Shown: positions 7,901 through 19,900 of the stretch, piece after piece | Position numbering within the stretch: the first letter of the stretch is position 1 | Layout: each line of letters begins with the position of its first letter | The notes under the pieces: model-generated | The model's input: only the letters and a program-made list of their open reading frames with translations | What the model was told of the DNA's origin: nothing | The model's database searches: none | From: Naegleria gruberi | Lineage: Eukaryota | Assembly: GCA_000004985.1 (NCBI GenBank) | Contig: GG739237.1 | Reading direction: 5' to 3' (one strand) | DNA: 36,540 nt | Position numbers and translations under genes: made by a program

Positions 7901-10900
7901 NNNNNNNNNNNNNNNNNNNNNNNNNNNNNNNNNNNNNNNNNNNNNNNNNNNNNNNNNNNNNNNNNNNNNNNNNNNNNNNNNNNNNNNNNNNNNNNNNNNN
8001 NNNNNNNNNNNNNNNNNNNNNNNNNNNNNNNNNNNNNNNNNNNNNNNNNNNNNNNNNNNNNNNNNNNNNNNNNNNNNNNNNNNNNNNNNNNNNNNNNNNN
8101 NNNNNNNNNNNNNNNNNNNNNNNNNNNNNNNNNNNNNNNNNNNNNNNNNNNNNNNNNNNNNNNNNNNNNNNNNNNNNNNNNNNNNNNNNNNNNNNNNNNN
8201 NNNNNNNNNNNNNNNNNNNNNNNNNNNNNNNNNNNNNNNNNNNNNNNNNNNNNNNNNNNNNNNNNNNNNNNNNNNNNNNNNNNNNNNNNNNNNNNNNNNN
8301 NNNNNNNNNNNNNNNNNNNNNNNNNNNNNNNNNNNNNNNNNNNNNNNNNNNNNNNNNNNNNNNNNNNNNNNNNNNNNNNNNNNNNNNNNNNNNNNNNNNN
8401 NNNNNNNNNNNNNNNNNNNNNNNNNNNNNNNNNNNNNNNNNNNNNNNNNNNNNNNNNNNNNNNNNNNNNNNNNNNNNNNNNNNNNNNNNNNNNNNNNNNN
8501 NNNNNNNNNNNNNNNNNNNNNNNNNNNNNNNNNNNNNNNNNNNNNNNNNNNNNNNNNNNNNNNNNNNNNNNNNNNNNNNNNNNNNNNNNNNNNNNNNNNN
8601 NNNNNNNNNNNNNNNNNNNNNNNNNNNNNNNNNNNNNNNNNNNNNNNNNNNNNNNNNNNNNNNNNNNNNNNNNNNNNNNNNNNNNNNNNNNNNNNNNNNN
8701 NNNNNNNNNNNNNNNNNNNNNNNNNNNNNNNNNNNNNNNNNNNNNNNNNNNNNNNNNNNNNNNNNNNNNNNNNNNNNNNNNNNNNNNNNNNNNNNNNNNN
8801 NNNNNNNNNNNNNNNNNNNNNNNNNNNNNNNNNNNNNNNNNNNNNNNNNNNNNNNNNNNNNNNNNNNNNNNNNNNNNNNNNNNNNNNNNNNNNNNNNNNN
8901 NNNNNNNNNNNNNNNNNNNNNNNNNNNNNNNNNNNNNNNNNNNNNNNNNNNNNNNNNNNNNNNNNNNNNNNNNNNNNNNNNNNNNNNNNNNNNNNNNNNN
9001 NNNNNNNNNNNNNNNNNNNNNNNNNNNNNNNNNNNNNNNNNNNNNNNNNNNNNNNNNNNNNNNNNNNNNNNNNNNNNNNNNNNNNNNNNNNNNNNNNNNN
9101 NNNNNNNNNNNNNNNNNNNNNNNNNNNNNNNNNNNNNNNNNNNNNNNNNNNNNNNNNNNNNNNNNNNNNNNNNNNNNNNNNNNNNNNNNNNNNNNNNNNN
9201 NNNNNNNNNNNNNNNNNNNNNNNNNNNNNNNNNNNNNNNNNNNNNNNNNNNNNNNNNNNNNNNNNNNNNNNNNNNNNNNNNNNNNNNNNNNNNNNNNNNN
9301 NNNNNNNNNNNNNNNNNNNNNNNNNNNNNNNNNNNNNNNNNNNNNNNNNNNNNNNNNNNNNNNNNNNNNNNNNNNNNNNNNNNNNNNNNNNNNNNNNNNN
9401 NNNNNNNNNNNNNNNNNNNNNNNNNNNNNNNNNNNNNNNNNNNNNNNNNNNNNNNNNNNNNNNNNNNNNNNNNNNNNNNNNNNNNNNNNNNNNNNNNNNN
9501 NNNNNNNNNNNNNNNNNNNNNNNNNNNNNNNNNNNNNNNNNNNNNNNNNNNNNNNNNNNNNNNNNNNNNNNNNNNNNNNNNNNNNNNNNNNNNNNNNNNN
9601 NNNNNNNNNNNNNNNNNNNNNNNNNNNNNNNNNNNNNNNNNNNNNNNNNNNNNNNNNNNNNNNNNNNNNNNNNNNNNNNNNNNNNNNNNNNNNNNNNNNN
9701 NNNNNNNNNNNNNNNNNNNNNNNNNNNNNNNNNNNNNNNNNNNNNNNNNNNNNNNNNNNNNNNNNNNNNNNNNNNNNNNNNNNNNNNNNNNNNNNNNNNN
9801 NNNNNNNNNNNNNNNNNNNNNNNNNNNNNNNNNNNNNNNNNNNNNNNNNNNNNNNNNNNNNNNNNNNNNNNNNNNNNNNNNNNNNNNNNNNNNNNNNNNN
9901 NNNNNNNNNNNNNNNNNNNNNNNNNNNNNNNNNNNNNNNNNNNNNNNNNNNNNNNNNNNNNNNNNNNNNNNNNNNNNNNNNNNNNNNNNNNNNNNNNNNN
10001 NNNNNNNNNNNNNNNNNNNNNNNNNNNNNNNNNNNNNNNNNNNNNNNNNNNNNNNNNNNNNNNNNNNNNNNNNNNNNNNNNNNNNNNNNNNNNNNNNNNN
10101 NNNNNNNNNNNNNNNNNNNNNNNNNNNNNNNNNNNNNNNNNNNNNNNNNNNNNNNNNNNNNNNNNNNNNNNNNNNNNNNNNNNNNNNNNNNNNNNNNNNN
10201 NNNNNNNNNNNNNNNNNNNNNNNNNNNNNNNNNNNNNNNNNNNNNNNNNNNNNNNNNNNNNNNNNNNNNNNNNNNNNNNNNNNNNNNNNNNNNNNNNNNN
10301 NNNNNNNNNNNNNNNNNNNNNNNNNNNNNNNNNNNNNNNNNNNNNNNNNNNNNNNNNNNNNNNNNNNNNNNNNNNNNNNNNNNNNNNNNNNNNNNNNNNN
10401 NNNNNNNNNNNNNNNNNNNNNNNNNNNNNNNNNNNNNNNNNNNNNNNNNNNNNNNNNNNNNNNNNNNNNNNNNNNNNNNNNNNNNNNNNNNNNNNNNNNN
10501 NNNNNNNNNNNNNNNNNNNNNNNNNNNNNNNNNNNNNNNNNNNNNNNNNNNNNNNNNNNNNNNNNNNNNNNNNNNNNNNNNNNNNNNNNNNNNNNNNNNN
10601 NNNNNNNNNNNNNNNNNNNNNNNNNNNNNNNNNNNNNNNNNNNNNNNNNNNNNNNNNNNNNNNNNNNNNNNNNNNNNNNNNNNNNNNNNNNNNNNNNNNN
10701 NNNNNNNNNNNNNNNNNNNNNNNNNNNNNNNNNNNNNNNNNNNNNNNNNNNNNNNNNNNNNNNNNNNNNNNNNNNNNNNNNNNNNNNNNNNNNNNNNNNN
10801 NNNNNNNNNNNNNNNNNNNNNNNNNNNNNNNNNNNNNNNNNNNNNNNNNNNNNNNNNNNNNNNNNNNNNNNNNNNNNNNNNNNNNNNNNNNNNNNNNNNN

Positions 10901-13900
10901 NNNNNNNNNNNNNNNNNNNNNNNNNNNNNNNNNNNNNNNNNNNNNNNNNNNNNNNNNNNNNNNNNNNNNNNNNNNNNNNNNNNNNNNNNNNNNNNNNNNN
11001 NNNNNNNNNNNNNNNNNNNNNNNNNNNNNNNNNNNNNNNNNNNNNNNNNNNNNNNNNNNNNNNNNNNNNNNNNNNNNNNNNNNNNNNNNNNNNNNNNNNN
11101 NNNNNNNNNNNNNNNNNNNNNNNNNNNNNNNNNNNNNNNNNNNNNNNNNNNNNNNNNNNNNNNNNNNNNNNNNNNNNNNNNNNNNNNNNNNNNNNNNNNN
11201 NNNNNNNNNNNNNNNNNNNNNNNNNNNNNNNNNNNNNNNNNNNNNNNNNNNNNNNNNNNNNNNNNNNNNNNNNNNNNNNNNNNNNNNNNNNNNNNNNNNN
11301 NNNNNNNNNNNNNNNNNNNNNNNNNNNNNNNNNNNNNNNNNNNNNNNNNNNNNNNNNNNNNNNNNNNNNNNNNNNNNNNNNNNNNNNNNNNNNNNNNNNN
11401 NNNNNNNNNNNNNNNNNNNNNNNNNNNNNNNNNNNNNNNNNNNNNNNNNNNNNNNNNNNNNNNNNNNNNNNNNNNNNNNNNNNNNNNNNNNNNNNNNNNN
11501 NNNNNNNNNNNNNNNNNNNNNNNNNNNNNNNNNNNNNNNNNNNNNNNNNNNNNNNNNNNNNNNNNNNNNNNNNNNNNNNNNNNNNNNNNNNNNNNNNNNN
11601 NNNNNNNNNNNNNNNNNNNNNNNNNNNNNNNNNNNNNNNNNNNNNNNNNNNNNNNNNNNNNNNNNNNNNNNNNNNNNNNNNNNNNNNNNNNNNNNNNNNN
11701 NNNNNNNNNNNNNNNNNNNNNNNNNNNNNNNNNNNNNNNNNNNNNNNNNNNNNNNNNNNNNNNNNNNNNNNNNNNNNNNNNNNNNNNNNNNNNNNNNNNN
11801 NNNNNNNNNNNNNNNNNNNNNNNNNNNNNNNNNNNNNNNNNNNNNNNNNNNNNNNNNNNNNNNNNNNNNNNNNNNNNNNNNNNNNNNNNNNNNNNNNNNN
11901 NNNNNNNNNNNNNNNNNNNNNNNNNNNNNNNNNNNNNNNNNNNNNNNNNNNNNNNNNNNNNNNNNNNNNNNNNNNNNNNNNNNNNNNNNNNNNNNNNNNN
12001 NNNNNNNNNNNNNNNNNNNNNNNNNNNNNNNNNNNNNNNNNNNNNNNNNNNNNNNNNNNNNNNNNNNNNNNNNNNNNNNNNNNNNNNNNNNNNNNNNNNN
12101 NNNNNNNNNNNNNNNNNNNNNNNNNNNNNNNNNNNNNNNNNNNNNNNNNNNNNNNNNNNNNNNNNNNNNNNNNNNNNNNNNNNNNNNNNNNNNNNNNNNN
12201 NNNNNNNNNNNNNNNNNNNNNNNNNNNNNNNNNNNNNNNNNNNNNNNNNNNNNNNNNNNNNNNNNNNNNNNNNNNNNNNNNNNNNNNNNNNNNNNNNNNN
12301 NNNNNNNNNNNNNNNNNNNNNNNNNNNNNNNNNNNNNNNNNNNNNNNNNNNNNNNNNNNNNNNNNNNNNNNNNNNNNNNNNNNNNNNNNNNNNNNNNNNN
12401 NNNNNNNNNNNNNNNNNNNNNNNNNNNNNNNNNNNNNNNNNNNNNNNNNNNNNNNNNNNNNNNNNNNNNNNNNNNNNNNNNNNNNNNNNNNNNNNNNNNN
12501 NNNNNNNNNNNNNNNNNNNNNNNNNNNNNNNNNNNNNNNNNNNNNNNNNNNNNNNNNNNNNNNNNNNNNNNNNNNNNNNNNNNNNNNNNNNNNNNNNNNN
12601 NNNNNNNNNNNNNNNNNNNNNNNNNNNNNNNNNNNNNNNNNNNNNNNNNNNNNNNNNNNNNNNNNNNNNNNNNNNNNNNNNNNNNNNNNNNNNNNNNNNN
12701 NNNNNNNNNNNNNNNNNNNNNNNNNNNNNNNNNNNNNNNNNNNNNNNNNNNNNNNNNNNNNNNNNNNNNNNNNNNNNNNNNNNNNNNNNNNNNNNNNNNN
12801 NNNNNNNNNNNNNNNNNNNNNNNNNNNNNNNNNNNNNNNNNNNNNNNNNNNNNNNNNNNNNNNNNNNNNNNNNNNNNNNNNNNNNNNNNNNNNNNNNNNN
12901 NNNNNNNNNNNNNNNNNNNNNNNNNNNNNNNNNNNNNNNNNNNNNNNNNNNNNNNNNNNNNNNNNNNNNNNNNNNNNNNNNNNNNNNNNNNNNNNNNNNN
13001 NNNNNNNNNNNNNNNNNNNNNNNNNNNNNNNNNNNNNNNNNNNNNNNNNNNNNNNNNNNNNNNNNNNNNNNNNNNNNNNNNNNNNNNNNNNNNNNNNNNN
13101 NNNNNNNNNNNNNNNNNNNNNNNNNNNNNNNNNNNNNNNNNNNNNNNNNNNNNNNNNNNNNNNNNNNNNNNNNNNNNNNNNNNNNNNNNNNNNNNNNNNN
13201 NNNNNNNNNNNNNNNNNNNNNNNNNNNNNNNNNNNNNNNNNNNNNNNNNNNNNNNNNNNNNNNNNNNNNNNNNNNNNNNNNNNNNNNNNNNNNNNNNNNN
13301 NNNNNNNNNNNNNNNNNNNNNNNNNNNNNNNNNNNNNNNNNNNNNNNNNNNNNNNNNNNNNNNNNNNNNNNNNNNNNNNNNNNNNNNNNNNNNNNNNNNN
13401 NNNNNNNNNNNNNNNNNNNNNNNNNNNNNNNNNNNNNNNNNNNNNNNNNNNNNNNNNNNNNNNNNNNNNNNNNNNNNNNNNNNNNNNNNNNNNNNNNNNN
13501 NNNNNNNNNNNNNNNNNNNNNNNNNNNNNNNNNNNNNNNNNNNNNNNNNNNNNNNNNNNNNNNNNNNNNNNNNNNNNNNNNNNNNNNNNNNNNNNNNNNN
13601 NNNNNNNNNNNNNNNNNNNNNNNNNNNNNNNNNNNNNNNNNNNNNNNNNNNNNNNNNNNNNNNNNNNNNNNNNNNNNNNNNNNNNNNNNNNNNNNNNNNN
13701 NNNNNNNNNNNNNNNNNNNNNNNNNNNNNNNNNNNNNNNNNNNNNNNNNNNNNNNNNNNNNNNNNNNNNNNNNNNNNNNNNNNNNNNNNNNNNNNNNNNN
13801 NNNNNNNNNNNNNNNNNNNNNNNNNNNNNNNNNNNNNNNNNNNNNNNNNNNNNNNNNNNNNNNNNNNNNNNNNNNNNNNNNNNNNNNNNNNNNNNNNNNN

Positions 13901-16900
13901 NNNNNNNNNNNNNNNNNNNNNNNNNNNNNNNNNNNNNNNNNNNNNNNNNNNNNNNNNNNNNNNNNNNNNNNNNNNNNNNNNNNNNNNNNNNNNNNNNNNN
14001 NNNNNNNNNNNNNNNNNNNNNNNNNNNNNNNNNNNNNNNNNNNNNNNNNNNNNNNNNNNNNNNNNNNNNNNNNNNNNNNNNNNNNNNNNNNNNNNNNNNN
14101 NNNNNNNNNNNNNNNNNNNNNNNNNNNNNNNNNNNNNNNNNNNNNNNNNNNNNNNNNNNNNNNNNNNNNNNNNNNNNNNNNNNNNNNNNNNNNNNNNNNN
14201 NNNNNNNNNNNNNNNNNNNNNNNNNNNNNNNNNNNNNNNNNNNNNNNNNNNNNNNNNNNNNNNNNNNNNNNNNNNNNNNNNNNNNNNNNNNNNNNNNNNN
14301 NNNNNNNNNNNNNNNNNNNNNNNNNNNNNNNNNNNNNNNNNNNNNNNNNNNNNNNNNNNNNNNNNNNNNNNNNNNNNNNNNNNNNNNNNNNNNNNNNNNN
14401 NNNNNNNNNNNNNNNNNNNNNNNNNNNNNNNNNNNNNNNNNNNNNNNNNNNNNNNNNNNNNNNNNNNNNNNNNNNNNNNNNNNNNNNNNNNNNNNNNNNN
14501 NNNNNNNNNNNNNNNNNNNNNNNNNNNNNNNNNNNNNNNNNNNNNNNNNNNNNNNNNNNNNNNNNNNNNNNNNNNNNNNNNNNNNNNNNNNNNNNNNNNN
14601 NNNNNNNNNNNNNNNNNNNNNNNNNNNNNNNNNNNNNNNNNNNNNNNNNNNNNNNNNNNNNNNNNNNNNNNNNNNNNNNNNNNNNNNNNNNNNNNNNNNN
14701 NNNNNNNNNNNNNNNNNNNNNNNNNNNNNNNNNNNNNNNNNNNNNNNNNNNNNNNNNNNNNNNNNNNNNNNNNNNNNNNNNNNNNNNNNNNNNNNNNNNN
14801 NNNNNNNNNNNNNNNNNNNNNNNNNNNNNNNNNNNNNNNNNNNNNNNNNNNNNNNNNNNNNNNNNNNNNNNNNNNNNNNNNNNNNNNNNNNNNNNNNNNN
14901 NNNNNNNNNNNNNNNNNNNNNNNNNNNNNNNNNNNNNNNNNNNNNNNNNNNNNNNNNNNNNNNNNNNNNNNNNNNNNNNNNNNNNNNNNNNNNNNNNNNN
15001 NNNNNNNNNNNNNNNNNNNNNNNNNNNNNNNNNNNNNNNNNNNNNNNNNNNNNNNNNNNNNNNNNNNNNNNNNNNNNNNNNNNNNNNNNNNNNNNNNNNN
15101 NNNNNNNNNNNNNNNNNNNNNNNNNNNNNNNNNNNNNNNNNNNNNNNNNNNNNNNNNNNNNNNNNNNNNNNNNNNNNNNNNNNNNNNNNNNNNNNNNNNN
15201 NNNNNNNNNNNNNNNNNNNNNNNNNNNNNNNNNNNNNNNNNNNNNNNNNNNNNNNNNNNNNNNNNNNNNNNNNNNNNNNNNNNNNNNNNNNNNNNNNNNN
15301 NNNNNNNNNNNNNNNNNNNNNNNNNNNNNNNNNNNNNNNNNNNNNNNNNNNNNNNNNNNNNNNNNNNNNNNNNNNNNNNNNNNNNNNNNNNNNNNNNNNN
15401 NNNNNNNNNNNNNNNNNNNNNNNNNNNNNNNNNNNNNNNNNNNNNNNNNNNNNNNNNNNNNNNNNNNNNNNNNNNNNNNNNNNNNNNNNNNNNNNNNNNN
15501 NNNNNNNNNNNNNNNNNNNNNNNNNNNNNNNNNNNNNNNNNNNNNNNNNNNNNNNNNNNNNNNNNNNNNNNNNNNNNNNNNNNNNNNNNNNNNNNNNNNN
15601 NNNNNNNNNNNNNNNNNNNNNNNNNNNNNNNNNNNNNNNNNNNNNNNNNNNNNNNNNNNNNNNNNNNNNNNNNNNNNNNNNNNNNNNNNNNNNNNNNNNN
15701 NNNNNNNNNNNNNNNNNNNNNNNNNNNNNNNNNNNNNNNNNNNNNNNNNNNNNNNNNNNNNNNNNNNNNNNNNNNNNNNNNNNNNNNNNNNNNNNNNNNN
15801 NNNNNNNNNNNNNNNNNNNNNNNNNNNNNNNNNNNNNNNNNNNNNNNNNNNNNNNNNNNNNNNNNNNNNNNNNNNNNNNNNNNNNNNNNNNNNNNNNNNN
15901 NNNNNNNNNNNNNNNNNNNNNNNNNNNNNNNNNNNNNNNNNNNNNNNNNNNNNNNNNNNNNNNNNNNNNNNNNNNNNNNNNNNNNNNNNNNNNNNNNNNN
16001 NNNNNNNNNNNNNNNNNNNNNNNNNNNNNNNNNNNNNNNNNNNNNNNNNNNNNNNNNNNNNNNNNNNNNNNNNNNNNNNNNNNNNNNNNNNNNNNNNNNN
16101 NNNNNNNNNNNNNNNNNNNNNNNNNNNNNNNNNNNNNNNNNNNNNNNNNNNNNNNNNNNNNNNNNNNNNNNNNNNNNNNNNNNNNNNNNNNNNNNNNNNN
16201 NNNNNNNNNNNNNNNNNNNNNNNNNNNNNNNNNNNNNNNNNNNNNNNNNNNNNNNNNNNNNNNNNNNNNNNNNNNNNNNNNNNNNNNNNNNNNNNNNNNN
16301 NNNNNNNNNNNNNNNNNNNNNNNNNNNNNNNNNNNNNNNNNNNNNNNNNNNNNNNNNNNNNNNNNNNNNNNNNNNNNNNNNNNNNNNNNNNNNNNNNNNN
16401 NNNNNNNNNNNNNNNNNNNNNNNNNNNNNNNNNNNNNNNNNNNNNNNNNNNNNNNNNNNNNNNNNNNNNNNNNNNNNNNNNNNNNNNNNNNNNNNNNNNN
16501 NNNNNNNNNNNNNNNNNNNNNNNNNNNNNNNNNNNNNNNNNNNNNNNNNNNNNNNNNNNNNNNNNNNNNNNNNNNNNNNNNNNNNNNNNNNNNNNNNNNN
16601 NNNNNNNNNNNNNNNNNNNNNNNNNNNNNNNNNNNNNNNNNNNNNNNNNNNNNNNNNNNNNNNNNNNNNNNNNNNNNNNNNNNNNNNNNNNNNNNNNNNN
16701 NNNNNNNNNNNNNNNNNNNNNNNNNNNNNNNNNNNNNNNNNNNNNNNNNNNNNNNNNNNNNNNNNNNNNNNNNNNNNNNNNNNNNNNNNNNNNNNNNNNN
16801 NNNNNNNNNNNNNNNNNNNNNNNNNNNNNNNNNNNNNNNNNNNNNNNNNNNNNNNNNNNNNNNNNNNNNNNNNNNNNNNNNNNNNNNNNNNNNNNNNNNN

Positions 16901-19900
16901 NNNNNNNNNNNNNNNNNNNNNNNNNNNNNNNNNNNNNNNNNNNNNNNNNNNNNNNNNNNNNNNNNNNNNNNNNNNNNNNNNNNNNNNNNNNNNNNNNNNN
17001 NNNNNNNNNNNNNNNNNNNNNNNNNNNNNNNNNNNNNNNNNNNNNNNNNNNNNNNNNNNNNNNNNNNNNNNNNNNNNNNNNNNNNNNNNNNNNNNNNNNN
17101 NNNNNNNNNNNNNNNNNNNNNNNNNNNNNNNNNNNNNNNNNNNNNNNNNNNNNNNNNNNNNNNNNNNNNNNNNNNNNNNNNNNNNNNNNNNNNNNNNNNN
17201 NNNNNNNNNNNNNNNNNNNNNNNNNNNNNNNNNNNNNNNNNNNNNNNNNNNNNNNNNNNNNNNNNNNNNNNNNNNNNNNNNNNNNNNNNNNNNNNNNNNN
17301 NNNNNNNNNNNNNNNNNNNNNNNNNNNNNNNNNNNNNNNNNNNNNNNNNNNNNNNNNNNNNNNNNNNNNNNNNNNNNNNNNNNNNNNNNNNNNNNNNNNN
17401 NNNNNNNNNNNNNNNNNNNNNNNNNNNNNNNNNNNNNNNNNNNNNNNNNNNNNNNNNNNNNNNNNNNNNNNNNNNNNNNNNNNNNNNNNNNNNNNNNNNN
17501 NNNNNNNNNNNNNNNNNNNNNNNNNNNNNNNNNNNNNNNNNNNNNNNNNNNNNNNNNNNNNNNNNNNNNNNNNNNNNNNNNNNNNNNNNNNNNNNNNNNN
17601 NNNNNNNNNNNNNNNNNNNNNNNNNNNNNNNNNNNNNNNNNNNNNNNNNNNNNNNNNNNNNNNNNNNNNNNNNNNNNNNNNNNNNNNNNNNNNNNNNNNN
17701 NNNNNNNNNNNNNNNNNNNNNNNNNNNNNNNNNNNNNNNNNNNNNNNNNNNNNNNNNNNNNNNNNNNNNNNNNNNNNNNNNNNNNNNNNNNNNNNNNNNN
17801 NNNNNNNNNNNNNNNNNNNNNNNNNNNNNNNNNNNNNNNNNNNNNNNNNNNNNNNNNNNNNNNNNNNNNNNNNNNNNNNNNNNNNNNNNNNNNNNNNNNN
17901 NNNNNNNNNNNNNNNNNNNNNNNNNNNNNNNNNNNNNNNNNNNNNNNNNNNNNNNNNNNNNNNNNNNNNNNNNNNNNNNNNNNNNNNNNNNNNNNNNNNN
18001 NNNNNNNNNNNNNNNNNNNNNNNNNNNNNNNNNNNNNNNNNNNNNNNNNNNNNNNNNNNNNNNNNNNNNNNNNNNNNNNNNNNNNNNNNNNNNNNNNNNN
18101 NNNNNNNNNNNNNNNNNNNNNNNNNNNNNNNNNNNNNNNNNNNNNNNNNNNNNNNNNNNNNNNNNNNNNNNNNNNNNNNNNNNNNNNNNNNNNNNNNNNN
18201 NNNNNNNNNNNNNNNNNNNNNNNNNNNNNNNNNNNNNNNNNNNNNNNNNNNNNNNNNNNNNNNNNNNNNNNNNNNNNNNNNNNNNNNNNNNNNNNNNNNN
18301 NNNNNNNNNNNNNNNNNNNNNNNNNNNNNNNNNNNNNNNNNNNNNNNNNNNNNNNNNNNNNNNNNNNNNNNNNNNNNNNNNNNNNNNNNNNNNNNNNNNN
18401 NNNNNNNNNNNNNNNNNNNNNNNNNNNNNNNNNNNNNNNNNNNNNNNNNNNNNNNNNNNNNNNNNNNNNNNNNNNNNNNNNNNNNNNNNNNNNNNNNNNN
18501 NNNNNNNNNNNNNNNNNNNNNNNNNNNNNNNNNNNNNNNNNNNNNNNNNNNNNNNNNNNNNNNNNNNNNNNNNNNNNNNNNNNNNNNNNNNNNNNNNNNN
18601 NNNNNNNNNNNNNNNNNNNNNNNNNNNNNNNNNNNNNNNNNNNNNNNNNNNNNNNNNNNNNNNNNNNNNNNNNNNNNNNNNNNNNNNNNNNNNNNNNNNN
18701 NNNNNNNNNNNNNNNNNNNNNNNNNNNNNNNNNNNNNNNNNNNNNNNNNNNNNNNNNNNNNNNNNNNNNNNNNNNNNNNNNNNNNNNNNNNNNNNNNNNN
18801 NNNNNNNNNNNNNNNNNNNNNNNNNNNNNNNNNNNNNNNNNNNNNNNNNNNNNNNNNNNNNNNNNNNNNNNNNNNNNNNNNNNNNNNNNNNNNNNNNNNN
18901 NNNNNNNNNNNNNNNNNNNNNNNNNNNNNNNNNNNNNNNNNNNNNNNNNNNNNNNNNNNNNNNNNNNNNNNNNNNNNNNNNNNNNNNNNNNNNNNNNNNN
19001 NNNNNNNNNNNNNNNNNNNNNNNNNNNNNNNNNNNNNNNNNNNNNNNNNNNNNNNNNNNNNNNNNNNNNNNNNNNNNNNNNNNNNNNNNNNNNNNNNNNN
19101 NNNNNNNNNNNNNNNNNNNNNNNNNNNNNNNNNNNNNNNNNNNNNNNNNNNNNNNNNNNNNNNNNNNNNNNNNNNNNNNNNNNNNNNNNNNNNNNNNNNN
19201 NNNNNNNNNNNNNNNNNNNNNNNNNNNNNNNNNNNNNNNNNNNNNNNNNNNNNNNNNNNNNNNNNNNNNNNNNNNNNNNNNNNNNNNNNNNNNNNNNNNN
19301 NNNNNNNNNNNNNNNNNNNNNNNNNNNNNNNNNNNNNNNNNNNNNNNNNNNNNNNNNNNNNNNNNNNNNNNNNNNNNNNNNNNNNNNNNNNNNNNNNNNN
19401 NNNNNNNNNNNNNNNNNNNNNNNNNNNNNNNNNNNNNNNNNNNNNNNNNNNNNNNNNNNNNNNNNNNNNNNNNNNNNNNNNNNNNNNNNNNNNNNNNNNN
19501 NNNNNNNNNNNNNNNNNNNNNNNNNNNNNNNNNNNNNNNNNNNNNNNNNNNNNNNNNNNNNNNNNNNNNNNNNNNNNNNNNNNNNNNNNNNNNNNNNNNN
19601 NNNNNNNNNNNNNNNNNNNNNNNNNNNNNNNNNNNNNNNNNNNNNNNNNNNNNNNNNNNNNNNNNNNNNNNNNNNNNNNNNNNNNNNNNNNNNNNNNNNN
19701 NNNNNNNNNNNNNNNNNNNNNNNNNNNNNNNNNNNNNNNNNNNNNNNNNNNNNNNNNNNNNNNNNNNNNNNNNNNNNNNNNNNNNNNNNNNNNNNNNNNN
19801 NNNNNNNNNNNNNNNNNNNNNNNNNNNNNNNNNNNNNNNNNNNNNNNNNNNNNNNNNNNNNNNNNNNNNNNNNNNNNNNNNNNNNNNNNNNNNNNNNNNN